Shown here: one piece after another, positions 1 to 14,800 of the stretch | Layout of the letters: the number at the start of each line of letters is the position of its first letter | Numbering within the stretch: position 1 is the first letter of the stretch | Program-made: the position numbers and the translations under genes | Notes under the pieces: generated by a model | Told to the model about the DNA's origin: nothing | The model's database searches: none | The model's input: the letters and a program-made list of their open reading frames with translations, nothing else | Assembly (NCBI GenBank): GCA_009914755.4 | Contig: CP068257.2 | Coordinates: 1,824,001 to 1,888,000, forward strand | Direction: 5' to 3' | From: the human T2T-CHM13v2.0 reference genome, Homo sapiens | Length of the DNA stretch: 64,000 bases

Positions 1-3000
1 TATTTTATAGTGTACATAAAATATCAAGGTACCCAAACTATACATTATATACTGTACATAAAATATGAAATTACATCAAATATATATTATATTAGGTACG
101 TAAAATATGAAAGTACATCAAATATAGACTATATACTGTACATAATATATAAAAGAACCCCAAATATATATTATATACTGTACATGATGTATCAAAATAC
201 ACAAACTATATATTATATACTGTACATAAAATATCAAAGTACCCAAGGTATATATTCTATACTGTACAAAAAATATCAAAGTACCCAAAGCATGTATTAT
301 ATACTGTACATAAAATATGAAAGTACATCAAATATATATTATATTAGGTACGTAAAATATGAAAGTACATCAAATATAGATTATATACCATACATAAAAT
401 ATAAAGGAACCCCAAATATATATGATATACTGTACATGAAATTTCAAAGTTCACAAACTATATATTATATACTGTAGATAAAATATCAAAGTACCCAAGG
501 TATATATTCTATACTGTAAAAAAAATATCAAAGTACCCAAAGCATGTATTATATACTGTACATAAAATAAGAAAGTACATCAAATATATATTTTATTCTG
601 TACATAAAATAACAAAGTACACCAGATATATATTTTATAGTGTACAAAAAATATGAAATTACCCAAACTATACATTACATACTGTACATAAAATATGGAA
701 TTACATCTAATATATATTATATTAGGTACGTAAAATATGAAAGTACATCAAATATAGATTATATACCATACATAAAATATAAAGGAACCCCAAATATATA
801 TGATATACTGTACATGAAATATCAAAGTTCACAAACTATATATTATATACTGTAGATAAAATTTCAAAGTACCCAAGGTATATATTCTATATTGTAAAAA
901 AAATATCAAAGTACCCAAAGCATGTATTATATACTGTACATAAAATATGAAAGCACATCAAATATATATTATATTAGGTACATAAAATATGAAAGTACAT
1001 AAAATATAGATGATATACTGTACATAAAATATCAAAGTAGCCCAAATATATATTATACAGTGTACATGAAATATCAAAATTTACGAAATATATATTATAT
1101 AATGTACATAAAATATGAAAGTACACAAAGCAAGTATTATATACTGTACATAAAAGATAAAATTACATCAAATATATATTTTATTCTGTACATAAAATAT
1201 CAAAGTACACCAGATATATATTTTATAGTGTACATAAAATATCAAGGTACCCAAACTATACATTATATACTGTACATAAAATATGAAATTACATCAAATA
1301 TATATTATATTAGGTACGTAAAATATGAAAGTACATCAAATATAGATTATATACTGTACATAATATATAAAAGAACCCCAACTATATATTATATACTGTA
1401 CATGAAATATCAAAATACACAAACTATATATTATATACTGTACATAAAATATCAAAGCACCCAAGGTATATATTCTATACTATACAAAAAATATCAAAGT
1501 ACCCAAAGCATGTATTATATACTGAACATAAAATATGAAAGTACATCAAATATATATTTTATTCTGTATATAAAATAACAAAGTACACCAGATATATATT
1601 TTATAGTGTACATAAAATATCAAAGTACCCAAACTATACATTACATACTGTACATAAAATATGGAATTACATCAAATATATATTATATTAGGTACGTAAA
1701 ATATGAAAGTACATCAAATATAGATTATATACCATACATAAAATATAAAGGAACCCCAAATATATAGGATATACTGTACATGAAATATCAAAGTTCACAA
1801 ACTATATATTATATACTGTAGATAAAATATCAAAGTACCCAAGGTATATATTCTATACTGTATAAAAAATATCAAAGTACCCAAAGCATGTATTATATAC
1901 TGTACATAAAAGATGAAAGTACATCAAATATATATTTTATTCTGTACATAAAATAACAAAGTACACCAGATATATATTTTATAGTGTACATAAAATATGA
2001 AATTACCCAAACTATACATTACATACTGTACATAAAATATGGAATTACATCAAATATATATTATATTAGGTACGTAAAATATGAAAGTACATCAAATATA
2101 GATTATATACCATACATAAAATATAAAGGAACCCCAAATATATATGATATACTGTACATGAAATATCAAAGTTCACAAACTATATATTATATACTGTAGA
2201 TAAAATATCAAAGTACCCAAGGTATATATTCTATACTGTAAAAAAAATATCAAAGCACCCAAAGCATGTATTATATACTGTACATAAAATATGAAAGCAC
2301 ATCAAATATATATTATATTAGGTACATAAAATATGAAAGTACATAAAATATAGATGATATACTGTACATAAAATATCAAAGTAGCCCAAATATATATTAT
2401 ACAGTGTACATGAAATATCAAAATTTACAAAATATATATTATATAATGTACATAAAATATCAAAGTACCCAAAGCAAGTATTATATACTGTACATAAAAG
2501 ATGAAAGTACATCAAATATAAATTTTATTCTGTACATAAAATATCAAAGTACACCAGATATATATTTTATAGTGTACATAAAATATCAAGGTACCCAAAC
2601 TATACATTATATACTGTACATAAAATATGAAATTACATCAAATATATATTATATTAGGTAAGTAAAATATGAAAGTACATCAAATATAGATTATATACTG
2701 TACATAATATATAAAAGAACCCCAACTATATATTATATACTGTACATGAAATATCAAAATACACAAACTATATATTATATACTGTACATAAAATATCAAA
2801 GTACCCAAGGTATATATTCTATACTGTACAAAAAATATCAAAGTACCCAAAGCATGTATTATATACTGTACATAAAATATGAAAGTACATCAAATATATA
2901 TTTTATTCTGTACATAAAATAACAAAGTACACCAGATATATATTTTATAGTGTACATAAAATATGAAATTACCCAAACTATACATTACATACTGTACATA

Positions 3001-6000
3001 AAATATGGAATTACATCAAATATATATTATATTAGGTACGTAAAATATGAAAGTACATCAAATATAGATTATATACCATACATAAAATATAAAGGAACCC
3101 CAAATATATATGATATACTGTACATGAAATATCAAAGTTCACAAACTATATATTATATACTGTAGATAAAATATCAAAGTACCCAAGGTATATATTCTAT
3201 ACTGTAAAAAAAATAACAAAGTACCCAAAGCATGTATTATATACTGTACATAAAATATGCAAGTACATCAAATATATATTTTATTCTGTACATAAAATAA
3301 CAAAGTACACCAAATATATATTTTATAGTGTACATAAAATATGAAATTACCCAAACTATACATTACATACTGTACATAAAATATGGAATTACATCAAAGA
3401 TATATTATATTAGGTACGTAAAATATGATAGTACAACAAATATAGATTATATACCATACATAAAATATAAAGGAACCCCAAATATATATGATATACTGTA
3501 CATGAAATATCAAAGTTCACAAACTATATATTATATACTGTAGATAAAATATCAAAGTACCCAAGGTATATATTCTATACTGTAAAAAAAATATCAAAGT
3601 ACCCAAAGCATGTATTATATACTGTACATAAAATATGAAAGCACATCAAATATATATTATATTAGGTACATAAAATATGAAAGTACATAAAATATAGATG
3701 ATATACTGTACATAAAATATCAAAGTAGCCCAAATATATATTATACAGTGTACATGAAATATCAAAATTTACGAAATATATATTATATAATGTACATAAA
3801 ATATCAAAGTACCCAAAGCAAGTATTATATACTGTACATAAAAGATGAAATTACATCAAATATATATTTTATTCTGTACATAAAATATCAAAGTACACCA
3901 GATATATATTTTATAGTGTACAAAAAATATCAAGGTACCCAAACTATACATTATATACTGTACATAAAATATGAAATTACATCAAATATATATTATATTA
4001 GGTAAGTAAAATATGAAAGTACATCAAATATAGATTATATACTGTACATAATATATAAAAGAACCCCAACTATATATTATATACTGTACATGAAATATCA
4101 AAATACACAAACTATATATTATATACTGGACATAAAATATCAAAGTACCCAAGGTATATATTCTATACTGTACAAAAAATATCAAAGTACCCAAAGCATG
4201 TATTATATACTGTACATAAAATATGAAAGTACATCAAATATATATTTTATTCTGTACATAAAATAACAAAGTACACCAGATATATATTTTATAGTGTACA
4301 TAAAATATGAAATTACCCAAACTATACATTACATACTGTACATAAAATATGGAATTACATCAAATATATATTATATTAGGTACGTAAAATATGAAAGTAC
4401 ATCAAATATAGATTATATACCATACATAAAATCTAAAGGAACCCCAAATATATATGTTATACTGTACATGAAATTTCAAAGTTCACAAACTATATATTAT
4501 ATACTGTAGATAAAATATCAAAGTACCCAAGGTATATATTCTATACTGTAAAAAAAATATCAAAGTACCCAAAGCATGTATTATATACTGTACATAAAAT
4601 ATGAAAGTACATCAAATATATATTTTATTCTGTACATAAAATAACAAAGTACACCAGATATATATTTTATAGTGTACATAAAATATGAAATTACCCAAAC
4701 TATACATTACATACTGTACATAAAATATGGAATTACATCTAATATATATTATATTAGGTACGTAAAATATGAAAGTACATCAAATATAGATTATATACCA
4801 TACATAAAATATAAAGGAACCCCAAATATATATGATATACTGTACATGAAATATCAAAGTTCACAAACTATATATTATATACTGTAGATAAAATATAAAA
4901 GTACCCAAGGTATATATTCTATACTGTAAAAAAAATAACAAAGTACCCAAAGCATGTATTATATACTGTACATAAGATATGCAAGTACATCAAATATATA
5001 TTTTATTCTGTACATAAAATAACAAAGTACACCAGATATATATTTTATAGTGTACATAAAATATGAAATTACCCAAACTATACATTACATACTGTACATA
5101 AAATATGGAATTACATCAAATATATATTATATTAGGTACGTAAAATATGAAAGTACATCAAATATAGATTATATACCATACATAAAATCTAAAGGAACCC
5201 CAAATATATATGATATACTGTACATGAAATTTCAAAGTTCACAAACTATATATTATATACTGTAGATAAAATATCAAAGTACCCAAGGTATATATTCTAT
5301 ACTGTAAAAAAAATATCAAAGTACCCAAAGCATGTATTATATACTGTACATAAAATATGAAAGTACATCAAATATATATTTTATTCTGTACATAAAATAA
5401 CAAAGTACACCAGATATATATTTTATAGTGTACATAAAATATGAAATTACCCAAACTATACATTACATACTGTACATAAAATATGGAATTACATCTAATA
5501 TATATTATATTAGGTACGTAAAATATGAAAGTACATCAAATATAGATTATATACCATACATAAAATATAAAGGAAACCCAAATATATATGATATACTGTA
5601 CATGAAATATCAAAGTTCACAAACTATATATTATATACTGTAGATAAAATATCAAAGTACCCAAGGTATATATTCTATACTGTAAAAAAAATATCAAAGT
5701 ACCCAAAGCATGTATTATATACTGTACATAAAATATGAAAGCACATCAAATATATATTATATTAGGTACATAAAATATGAAAGTACATAAAATATAGATG
5801 ATATACTGTACATAAAATATCAAAGTAGCCCAAATATATATTATACAGTGTACATGAAATATCAAAATTTACAAAATATATATTATATAATGTACATAAA
5901 ATATCAAAGTACCCAAAGCAAGTATTATATACTGTACATAAAAGATGAAAGTACATCAAATATATATTTTATTCTGTACATAAAATATCAAAGTACACCT

Positions 6001-8700
6001 GATATATATTTTATAGTGTACATAAAATATCAAGGTACCCAAACTATACATTATATACTGTACATAAAATATGAAATTACATCAAATATATATTATATTA
6101 GGTACGTAAAATATGAAAGTACATCAAATATAGATTATATACTGTACATAATATATAAAAGAACCCCAACTATATATTATATACTGTACATGAAATATCA
6201 AAATACACAAACTATATATTATATACTGTACATAAAATATCAAAGTACCCAAGGTATATATTCTATACTGTACAAAAAATATCAAAGTACCCAAAGCATG
6301 TATTATATACTGTACATAAAATATGAAAGTACATCAAATATATATTTTATTCTGTACATAAAATAACAAAGTACACCAGATATATATTTTATAGTGTACA
6401 TAAAATATCAAATTACCCAAACTATACATTACATACTGTACATAAAATATGGAATTACATCAAATATATATTATATTAGGTACGTAAAATATGATAGTAC
6501 AACAAATATAGATTATATACCATACATAAAATATAAAGGAACCCCAAATATATATGATATACTGTACATGAAATATCAAAGTTCACAAACTATATATTAT
6601 ATACTGTAGATAAAATATCAAAGTACCCAAGGTATATATTCTATACTGTAAAAAAAATATCAAAGTACCCAAAGCATGTATTATATACTGTACATAAAAT
6701 ATGAAAGCACATCAAATATATATTATATTAGGTACATAAAATATGAAAGTACATAAAATATAGATGATATACTGTACATAAAATATCAAAGTAGCCCAAA
6801 TATATATTATACAGTGTACATGAAATATCAAAATTTACGAAATATATATTATATAATGTACATAAAATATCAAAGTACCCAAAGCAAGTATTATATACTG
6901 TACATAAAAGATGATATTACATCAAATATATATTTTATTCTGTACATAAAATATCAAAGTACACCAGATATATATTTTATAGTGTACATAAAATATCAAG
7001 GTACCCAAACTATACATTATATACTGTACATAAAATATGAAATTACATCAAATATATATTATATTAGGTACGTAAAATATGAAAGTACATCAAATATAGA
7101 TTATATACTGTACATAATATATAAAAGAACCCCAACTATATATTATATACTGTACATGAAATATCAAAATACACAAACTATATATTATATACTGTACATA
7201 AAATATCAAAGTACCCAAGGTATATATTCTATACTGTACAAAAAATATCAAAGTACCCAAAGCATGTATTATATACTGTACATAAAATATGAAAGTACAT
7301 CAAATATATATTTTATTCTGTACATAAAATAACAAAGTACACCAGATATATATTTTATAGTGTACATAAAATATCAAATTACCCAAACTATACATTACAT
7401 ACTGTACATAAAATATGGAATTACATCAAATATATATTATATTAGGTACGTAAAATATGAAAGTACATCAAATATAGATTATATACCATACATAAAATAT
7501 AAAGGAACCCCAAATATATATGATATACTGTACATGAAATATCAAAGTTCACAAACTATATATTATATACTGTAGATAAAATATCAAAGTACCCAAGGTA
7601 TATATTCTATACTGTAAAAAAAATATCAAAGTACCCAAAGCATGTATAATATACTGTACATAAAATATGAAAGTACATCAAATATATATTTTATTCTGTA
7701 TATAAAATAACAAAGTACACCAGATATATATTTTATAGTGTACATAAAATATGAAATTACCCAAACTATACATTACATACTGTACATAAAATATGGAATT
7801 ACATCAAATATATATTATATTAGGTACGTAAAATATGAAAGTACATCAAATATAGATTATACACCATACATAAAATATAAAGGAACCCCAAATATATATG
7901 ATATACTGTACATGAAATATCAAAGTTCACAAACTATATATTATATACTGTAGATAAAATATCAAAGTACCCAAGGTATATATTCTATACTGTAAAAAAA
8001 ATATCAAAGTACCCAAAGCATGTATTATATACTGTACATAAAATATGAAAGCACAACAAATATATATTATATTAGGTACATAAAATATGAAAGTACATAA
8101 AATATAGATGATATACTGTACATAAAATATCAAAGTATCCCAAATATATATTATACAGTGTACATGAAATATCAAAATTTACAAAATATATATTATATAA
8201 TGTACATAAAATATCAAAGTACCCAAAGCAAGTATTATATACTGTACATAAAAGATGAAAGTACATCAAATATATATTTTATTCTGTACATAAAATATCA
8301 AAGTACACCAGATATATATTTTATAGTGTACATAAAATATCAAGGTACCAAAACTATACATTATATACTGTACATAAAATATGAAATTACATCAAATATA
8401 TATTATATTAGGTACGTAAAATATGAAAGTACATCAAACATAGATTATATACTGTACATAATATATAAAAGAACCCCAACTATATATTATATACTGTACA
8501 TGAAATATCAAAATACACAAACTATATATTATATACTGTACATAAAATATCAAAGTACCCAAGGTATATATTCTATACTGTACAAAAAATATCAAAGTAC
8601 CCAAAGCATGTATTATATACTGTACATGAAATATGAAAGTACATCAAATATATATTTTATTCTGTACATAAAATAACAAAGTACACCAGATATATATTTT
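1..8700. repeat. Satellite domain A, a homogenised and strictly in-register HOR block. 378-bp (9-mer) and 966-bp (23-mer) units are interleaved. Diagnostic subtypes contain TAGGTACGTAAAAT (a CpG / TACGTA site), CCATACATAAAATATAAAGGAACCCC and TGTAGATAAAAT.
   Basis: Spacings of equivalent ORF starts are 1984->2950 (966), 2950->3328 (378), 3328->4294 (966), 4294->4672->5050->5428 (378 each), 5428->6394 (966), 6394->7360 (966), 7360->7738 (378), 7738->8704 (966), 2404->3748 (1344) and 5848->8158 (2310). All are exact multiples of 42, so there are no indels across about 8.7 kb. Confidence 0.8.
2950..3327. repeat. Example 378-bp higher-order repeat unit, made of 9 distinguishable monomer subtypes of 42 bp each.
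   Basis: ORF-track starts at 2950 and 3328, and at 4294, 4672, 5050 and 5428, are exactly 378 bp apart and translate almost identically (MYIKYEITQTIHYILYIKYGITSNIYYIRYVKYESTSNIDYIPYIKYKGTPNIYDILYMKYQSSQTIYYIL). Nine successive 14-aa blocks differ from one another but recur every 378 bp. Confidence 0.85.
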
Positions 8701-11700
8701 ATAGTGTACATAAAATATCAAGGTACCCAAACTATACATTATATACTGTACATAAAATATGAAATTACATCAAATATATATTATATTAGTTACCTAAAAT
8801 ATGAAAGTACATCTAATATAGATTTTATACTGTACAGAAAATATCAAAGTACCCCAAATATATATTATAAACTGTACATGAAATATGAAAGTTCACAAAC
8901 TATATATTATATACTGTACATAAAATATCAAAGTACCCAAGGTATATATTCTATACTGTACAAAAAATATCAAAGTACCCAAACCATGTATTATATACTG
9001 TACCTAAAATATGAAAGTACATCAAATATATATTTTATTCTGTACATAAAATAACAAAGTACACCAGATATGTATTTTATAGTGTACATAAAATATCAAA
9101 GTACCCAAAGTATACATTACATACTGTACATAAAATATGAAATTACATCAAACATATATTATATTAGGAACATAAAATATGAAAGTACATCAAATATAGA
9201 TTATTAACTGTACAGAAAATATCAAAGAACCCCAAATATATATTTTATACTGTACATGAAATATCAAACTTCACAAACTATATATTATATAATGTACATA
9301 AAATATCAAAGTACCCAAGGTATATATTCTATACTGTACAAAAAATATCAAAGTACCCAAAGCATGTGTTATATACTGTACATAAAATATGAAAGTACAT
9401 CAAATATAAATTTTATTCTGTACATAAAATATCAAAGTACACCAAATATATATTCTATACTGTACATAAAATATCAAAGTACCCAAACTATACATTATAT
9501 ACTGTACATAAAATATGAAATTACATCAAATATATATTATATTAGGTACATAAAATATGAAAGTACATCAAATATAGATTATATGCTGTACACTAAATAC
9601 CAAAGTACCCCAAATATATATTTTATACTGTACATGAAATATCAACGTTCGCAAACTATATATTATATAATGTAGATAAAATATCAAAGTACCCAAGGTA
9701 TATATTCTATACTGTACAAAAAATATCAAAGTATCCAAAGCATGTATTATACACTGTACATAAAATATGAAAGTACATCAAATATATATATTATTCTGTA
9801 CCTAAAATATCAAAGTACACCAGATATATATTCTATAGTGTACATAAAATATCAAAGTACCCAAACTATACATTATACACTGTACATAAAATATGAAATT
9901 ACATCAAATATATATTATATTAGGTACGTAAAATATGAAAGTACATCAAATATAGATTATATACTGTACATAAAATATAAAAGTACCCCAAATATATATT
10001 ATATACTGTACATGAAATATCAAAATACACAAACTATATATTATATAGTGTACATAAAATATCAAAGTACCCAAGGTATATGTTCTATGCTGTACAAAAA
10101 ATATCAAAGTACCCAAACCATGTATTATATACTGTACATAAAATATGAAATTACAACAAATATATATTTTATTCTGTACATAAAATATCAAAGTACACCA
10201 GATATATAATTTATAGTGTACATAAAATATCAAATTACCGAAACTATACATTATATCGTGTACATAAAATATGAAATTACATCAAATATATATTATATTA
10301 GGTACGTAAAATATGAAAGTACATCAAATATAGATTATTAACTGTACATAAAATATCAAAGTACCCCAAATATATATTATATACTGTACATGAAATATCA
10401 AAGTTCACAAACTATATATTATATACTGTAGATAAAATATCAAAGTACACAAGGTATATATTCTATACTGTAGAAAAAATATCAAAGTACCCAAAGCATG
10501 TATTATATACTGTACATAAAATATGAAAGTTCATCAAATATATATTTTATCCTGTACATAAAATAACAAAGTACACCAGATATATATTTTATAGTGTACA
10601 TAAAATATCAAAGTACCCAAACTATACATTATATACTGTACATAAAGTATGAAATTACATCAAATATATATTATATTAGGTACCTAAAATATGAAAGTAC
10701 ATCAAATATAGATTATTAACTGTACATAAAATATCAAAGAACCCCAAATATATATTATATACTGTATATGAAATATCAAACTTCACAAACTATATATTAT
10801 ATACTGTACATAAAATATCAAAGTACCCAAGGTATATATTCTATACTGTACAAAAAATATCAAAGTACCCAAAGCATGTATTATATACTGTACATAAAAT
10901 ATGAAAGTACATCAAATATATATTTTATTCTGTACATAAAATAACAAAGTACACCAGATATATATTTTATAGTGTACATAAAATATCAAAGTAACCAAAC
11001 TATACATTACATACTGTACATAAAGTATGAAATTACATCAAATATATATTATATTAGGAACATAAAATATGAAAGTACATCAAATATAGATTATTAACTG
11101 TACATAAAATATCAAAGAACCCCAAATATATATTATATACTCTACATGAAATATCAACGTTCGCAAACTATATATTATATACTGTAGATAAAATATCAAA
11201 GTACCCAAGGTATATATTCTATACTGCACAAAAAATATCAAAGTATCCAAAGCATGTATTATACACTGTACATAAAATATGAAAGTACATCAAATATATA
11301 TATTATTCTGTACCTAAAACATCAAAGTACACCAGATATATATTTTATAGTGTACATAAAATATCAAAGTACCCAAACTATACATTATATACTGTACATA
11401 AAATATGAAATTACATCAAATATATATTATATTATTTACCTAAAATATGAAAGTACATCAAATATACATTATTAACTGTACATAAAATATCAAAGTACCC
11501 CAAATATATATTATATACTGTACATGAAATATCAAAGTTCACAAACTCTATATTATATACTGTACATAAAATATCAAAGTACCCAAGGTATATATTCTAT
11601 ACTGTACAAAAAATATCAAAGTACCCAAAGCATGTATTATATACTGTACATAAAAGATGAAAGTACATCAAATATATATTTTATTCTGTACATAAAATAT

Positions 11701-11800
11701 CAAAGTACACCAGATATATATTCTATAGTGTACATAAAATATCAAAGTACCCAAACTATACATTATATACTGTATATAAAATATGAAATTACATCAAATA
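8700..11800. repeat. Transition zone between the two homogenised domains. The monomer family is the same but more divergent, with mixed subtypes.
   Basis: ORFs here (8704, 9256, 9742, 11254) have 14-aa blocks that match neither domain A nor domain B exactly. Unusual junction variants appear (TACCTAAAATATG, TTAGGAACATAAAATATG, ATTATTTACCTAAAATATG). The last TACGTA variants lie near 9.9 and 10.3 kb, and the first 37-bp monomer is at about 11773-11809. Confidence 0.6.
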
Positions 11801-11809
11801 TATATTAGG
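11773..11809. repeat. First occurrence of the 37-bp deletion monomer (TATATAAAATATGAAATTACATCAAATATATATTAGG). The full-length form ends ...ATATATTATATTAGG.
   Basis: Direct comparison with the full-length copy at about 12160-12190 (ATATATTATATTAGGTACAT) shows a 5-bp deletion. This variant recurs through the rest of the window and produces the MKLHQIYIRYIKY... ORF starts. Confidence 0.8.
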
Positions 11810-14800
11810 TACATAAAATATGAAAGTACATCAAATATGGATTATATACTGTACATAAAATATCAATGTACCCCAAATATATATTATATACTGTTTATGA
11901 AATATCAAAGTTCACAAACTATTTATTATATACTGTATATAAAATATCAAAGTACCCAAGGTATATATTCTATACTGTACAAAAAATATCAAAGTACCCA
12001 AAGCATGTATTATATACTGTACATAAAATATGAAAGTACATCAAATATATATTTAATTCTGTACATAAAATATCAAAGTACACCAGATATATATTCTATA
12101 GTGTACATAAAATATCAAAGTACCCAAACTATACATTATATACTGTACATAAAATATGAAATTACATCAAATATATATTATATTAGGTACATAAAATATG
12201 AAAGTACATCAAATATAGATTATATACTGTACATAAAATATCAAAGTACCCCAAATATATATTATATACTGTACATGAAATATCAAAGTTCACAAACTAT
12301 ATATTATATACGGTACATAAAATATCAAAGTACCCAAGGTATATATTCTATACTGTACAAAAAATATCAAAGTACCTAAAGCATGTATTATATACTGTAC
12401 ATAAAATATGAAAGTACATCAAATATATATTTTATTCTGTACATAAAATATCAAAGTACACCAGATATATATTCTATAGTGTACATAAAATATCAAAGTA
12501 CCCAAACTATACATTATATACTGTACATAAAATATGAAATTACATCAAATATATATTAGGTACATAAAATATGAAAGTACATCAAATATAGATTATATAC
12601 TGTACATAAAATATCAAAGTACCCAAATATATATCATATACTGTACATGAAATATCAAAGTTCACAAACTATATATTATATACTGTACATAAAATATCAA
12701 AGTACCCAAGGTATATATTCTATACTGCACAAAAAATATCAAAGTACCCAAAGCATGTATTATAGACTGTATATAAAATATGAAATTACATCAATTATAT
12801 ATTTTATTCTGTACATAAAATATCAAAGTACACCAGATATATATTCTATAGTGTACATAAAATAACAAAGTACACAAAGTATACATTATATACTGTACAT
12901 AAAATATGAAATTACATCAAATATATATTAGGTACATAAAATATGAAAGTACATCAAATATAGATTTTATACTGTACATATAATATCAAAGTACCCCAAA
13001 TATATATTTTGTACTCTACATGGAATATCAAAGTTCACAAACCATATATTATATACTGTACATAAAATATCAAGGTACCCAAGGTATATATTCTATACTG
13101 TACAAAAAATATCAAAGTACCCAAAGCATGTATAATATACAGTACATAAAATATGAAAGTACATCAAATATATATTTTATTCTGTACATAAAATATCAAA
13201 GTACACCAGATATATATTCTATAGTGTACACAAAATATAAAAGTACCCAAACTATACATTATATACTGTACATAAAATATGTAATTACATCAAATATATA
13301 TTATATTAGGTACATAAAATATGAAAGTACATCAAATATAGATTATATACTGTACATTAAATACCAAAGTACCCCAAATATATATTTTATACTGTACATG
13401 AAATATCAAAGTTCACAAACTATATATTATATACTGTACATAAAATATCAAAGTAACCAAGGTATATATTCTATACTGTACAAAAAATATCAAAGTACCC
13501 AAAGCATGTATTATGTACTGTACCTAAAATATGAAAGTACATCAAATATATATTTTATTCTGTACATAAAATATCAAAGTACACCAGATATATATTCTAT
13601 AGTGTACATAATATATCAAAGTACCCAAACTATACATTATATACTGTACATAAAATATGAAATTACATCAAATATATATTATATTAGGTACATAAAATAT
13701 GAAAGTACATCAAATATAGATTATACACTGTACATAAAATATCAAAGTACCCAAAATATATATTATATACTCTACATGAAATATCAAAGTTCACAAACTA
13801 TATATTATATACTGTACATAAAATAAAGTCCCCAAGGTATATATTCTATACTGTACAAAAAATATCAAAGTACCCAAAGCATGTATTATGTACTGTACCT
13901 AAAATATGAAAGTACATCAAATATATATTTTATTCTGTACATAAAATATCAAAGTACACCAGATATATATTCTATAGTGTACATAAAATATAAAAGTACC
14001 CAAACTATACATTATATACTGTACATAAAATATGTAATTACATCAAATATATATTATATTAGGTACATAAAATATGAAAGTACATCAAATATAGATTATA
14101 TACTGTACATTAAATACCAAAGTACCCCAAATATATATTTTATACTCTACATGAAATATCAAAGTTCACAAACTATATATTATATACTGTACATAAAATA
14201 TCAAAGTACCCAAGGTATATATTCTATACTGTACAAAAAATATCAAAGTACCCAAAGCATGTATTATATACTGTACATAAAATATGAAAGTACATCAAAT
14301 ATATATTTTATTCTGTACATAAAATATCAAAGTACACCAGATATATATTCTATAGTGTACATAAAATATCAAAGTACCCAAACTATACATTATATACTGT
14401 ACATAAAATATGAAATTACATCAAATATATATTATATTAGGTACATAAAATATGAAAGTACATCAAATATAGATTATACACTGTACATAAAATATCAAAG
14501 TACCCCAAATATATATTATATACTCTACATGAAATATCAAAGTTCACAAACTATATATTATATACTGTACATAAAATAAAGTCCCCAAGGTATATATTCT
14601 ATACTGTAGAAAAAATATCAAAGTACCCAAAGCATGTATTATATACTGTATATAAAATATGAAAGTACATCAAATATATATTTTATTCTGTACATAATAT
14701 ATCAAAGTACACCAGATATATATTCTATAGTGTACATAAAATAACAAAGTACAAAAACTATAAATTATATACTGTACATAAAATATGAAATTACATCAAA

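Noticed and set aside
2318-2515. Minus-strand ORFs (2318-2515, 5762-5959, 7927-8175, 8072-8269, 9946-10251, 52828-53052, 57075-57299)
   Set aside because: They are reverse-frame readings of the same repeat and are fully overlapped by + strand repeat ORFs. Their identical copies recur at the duplication offsets (3444, 2310, 4247), which tracks the repeat structure rather than gene structure.
11790-11810. TTAGG pentamer (the insect-type telomeric motif) inside ATATATTAGGTACAT
   Set aside because: It occurs singly once or twice per HOR and is never tandemly iterated. It is part of the monomer junction variant (attagg versus atactg), not a telomeric tract.
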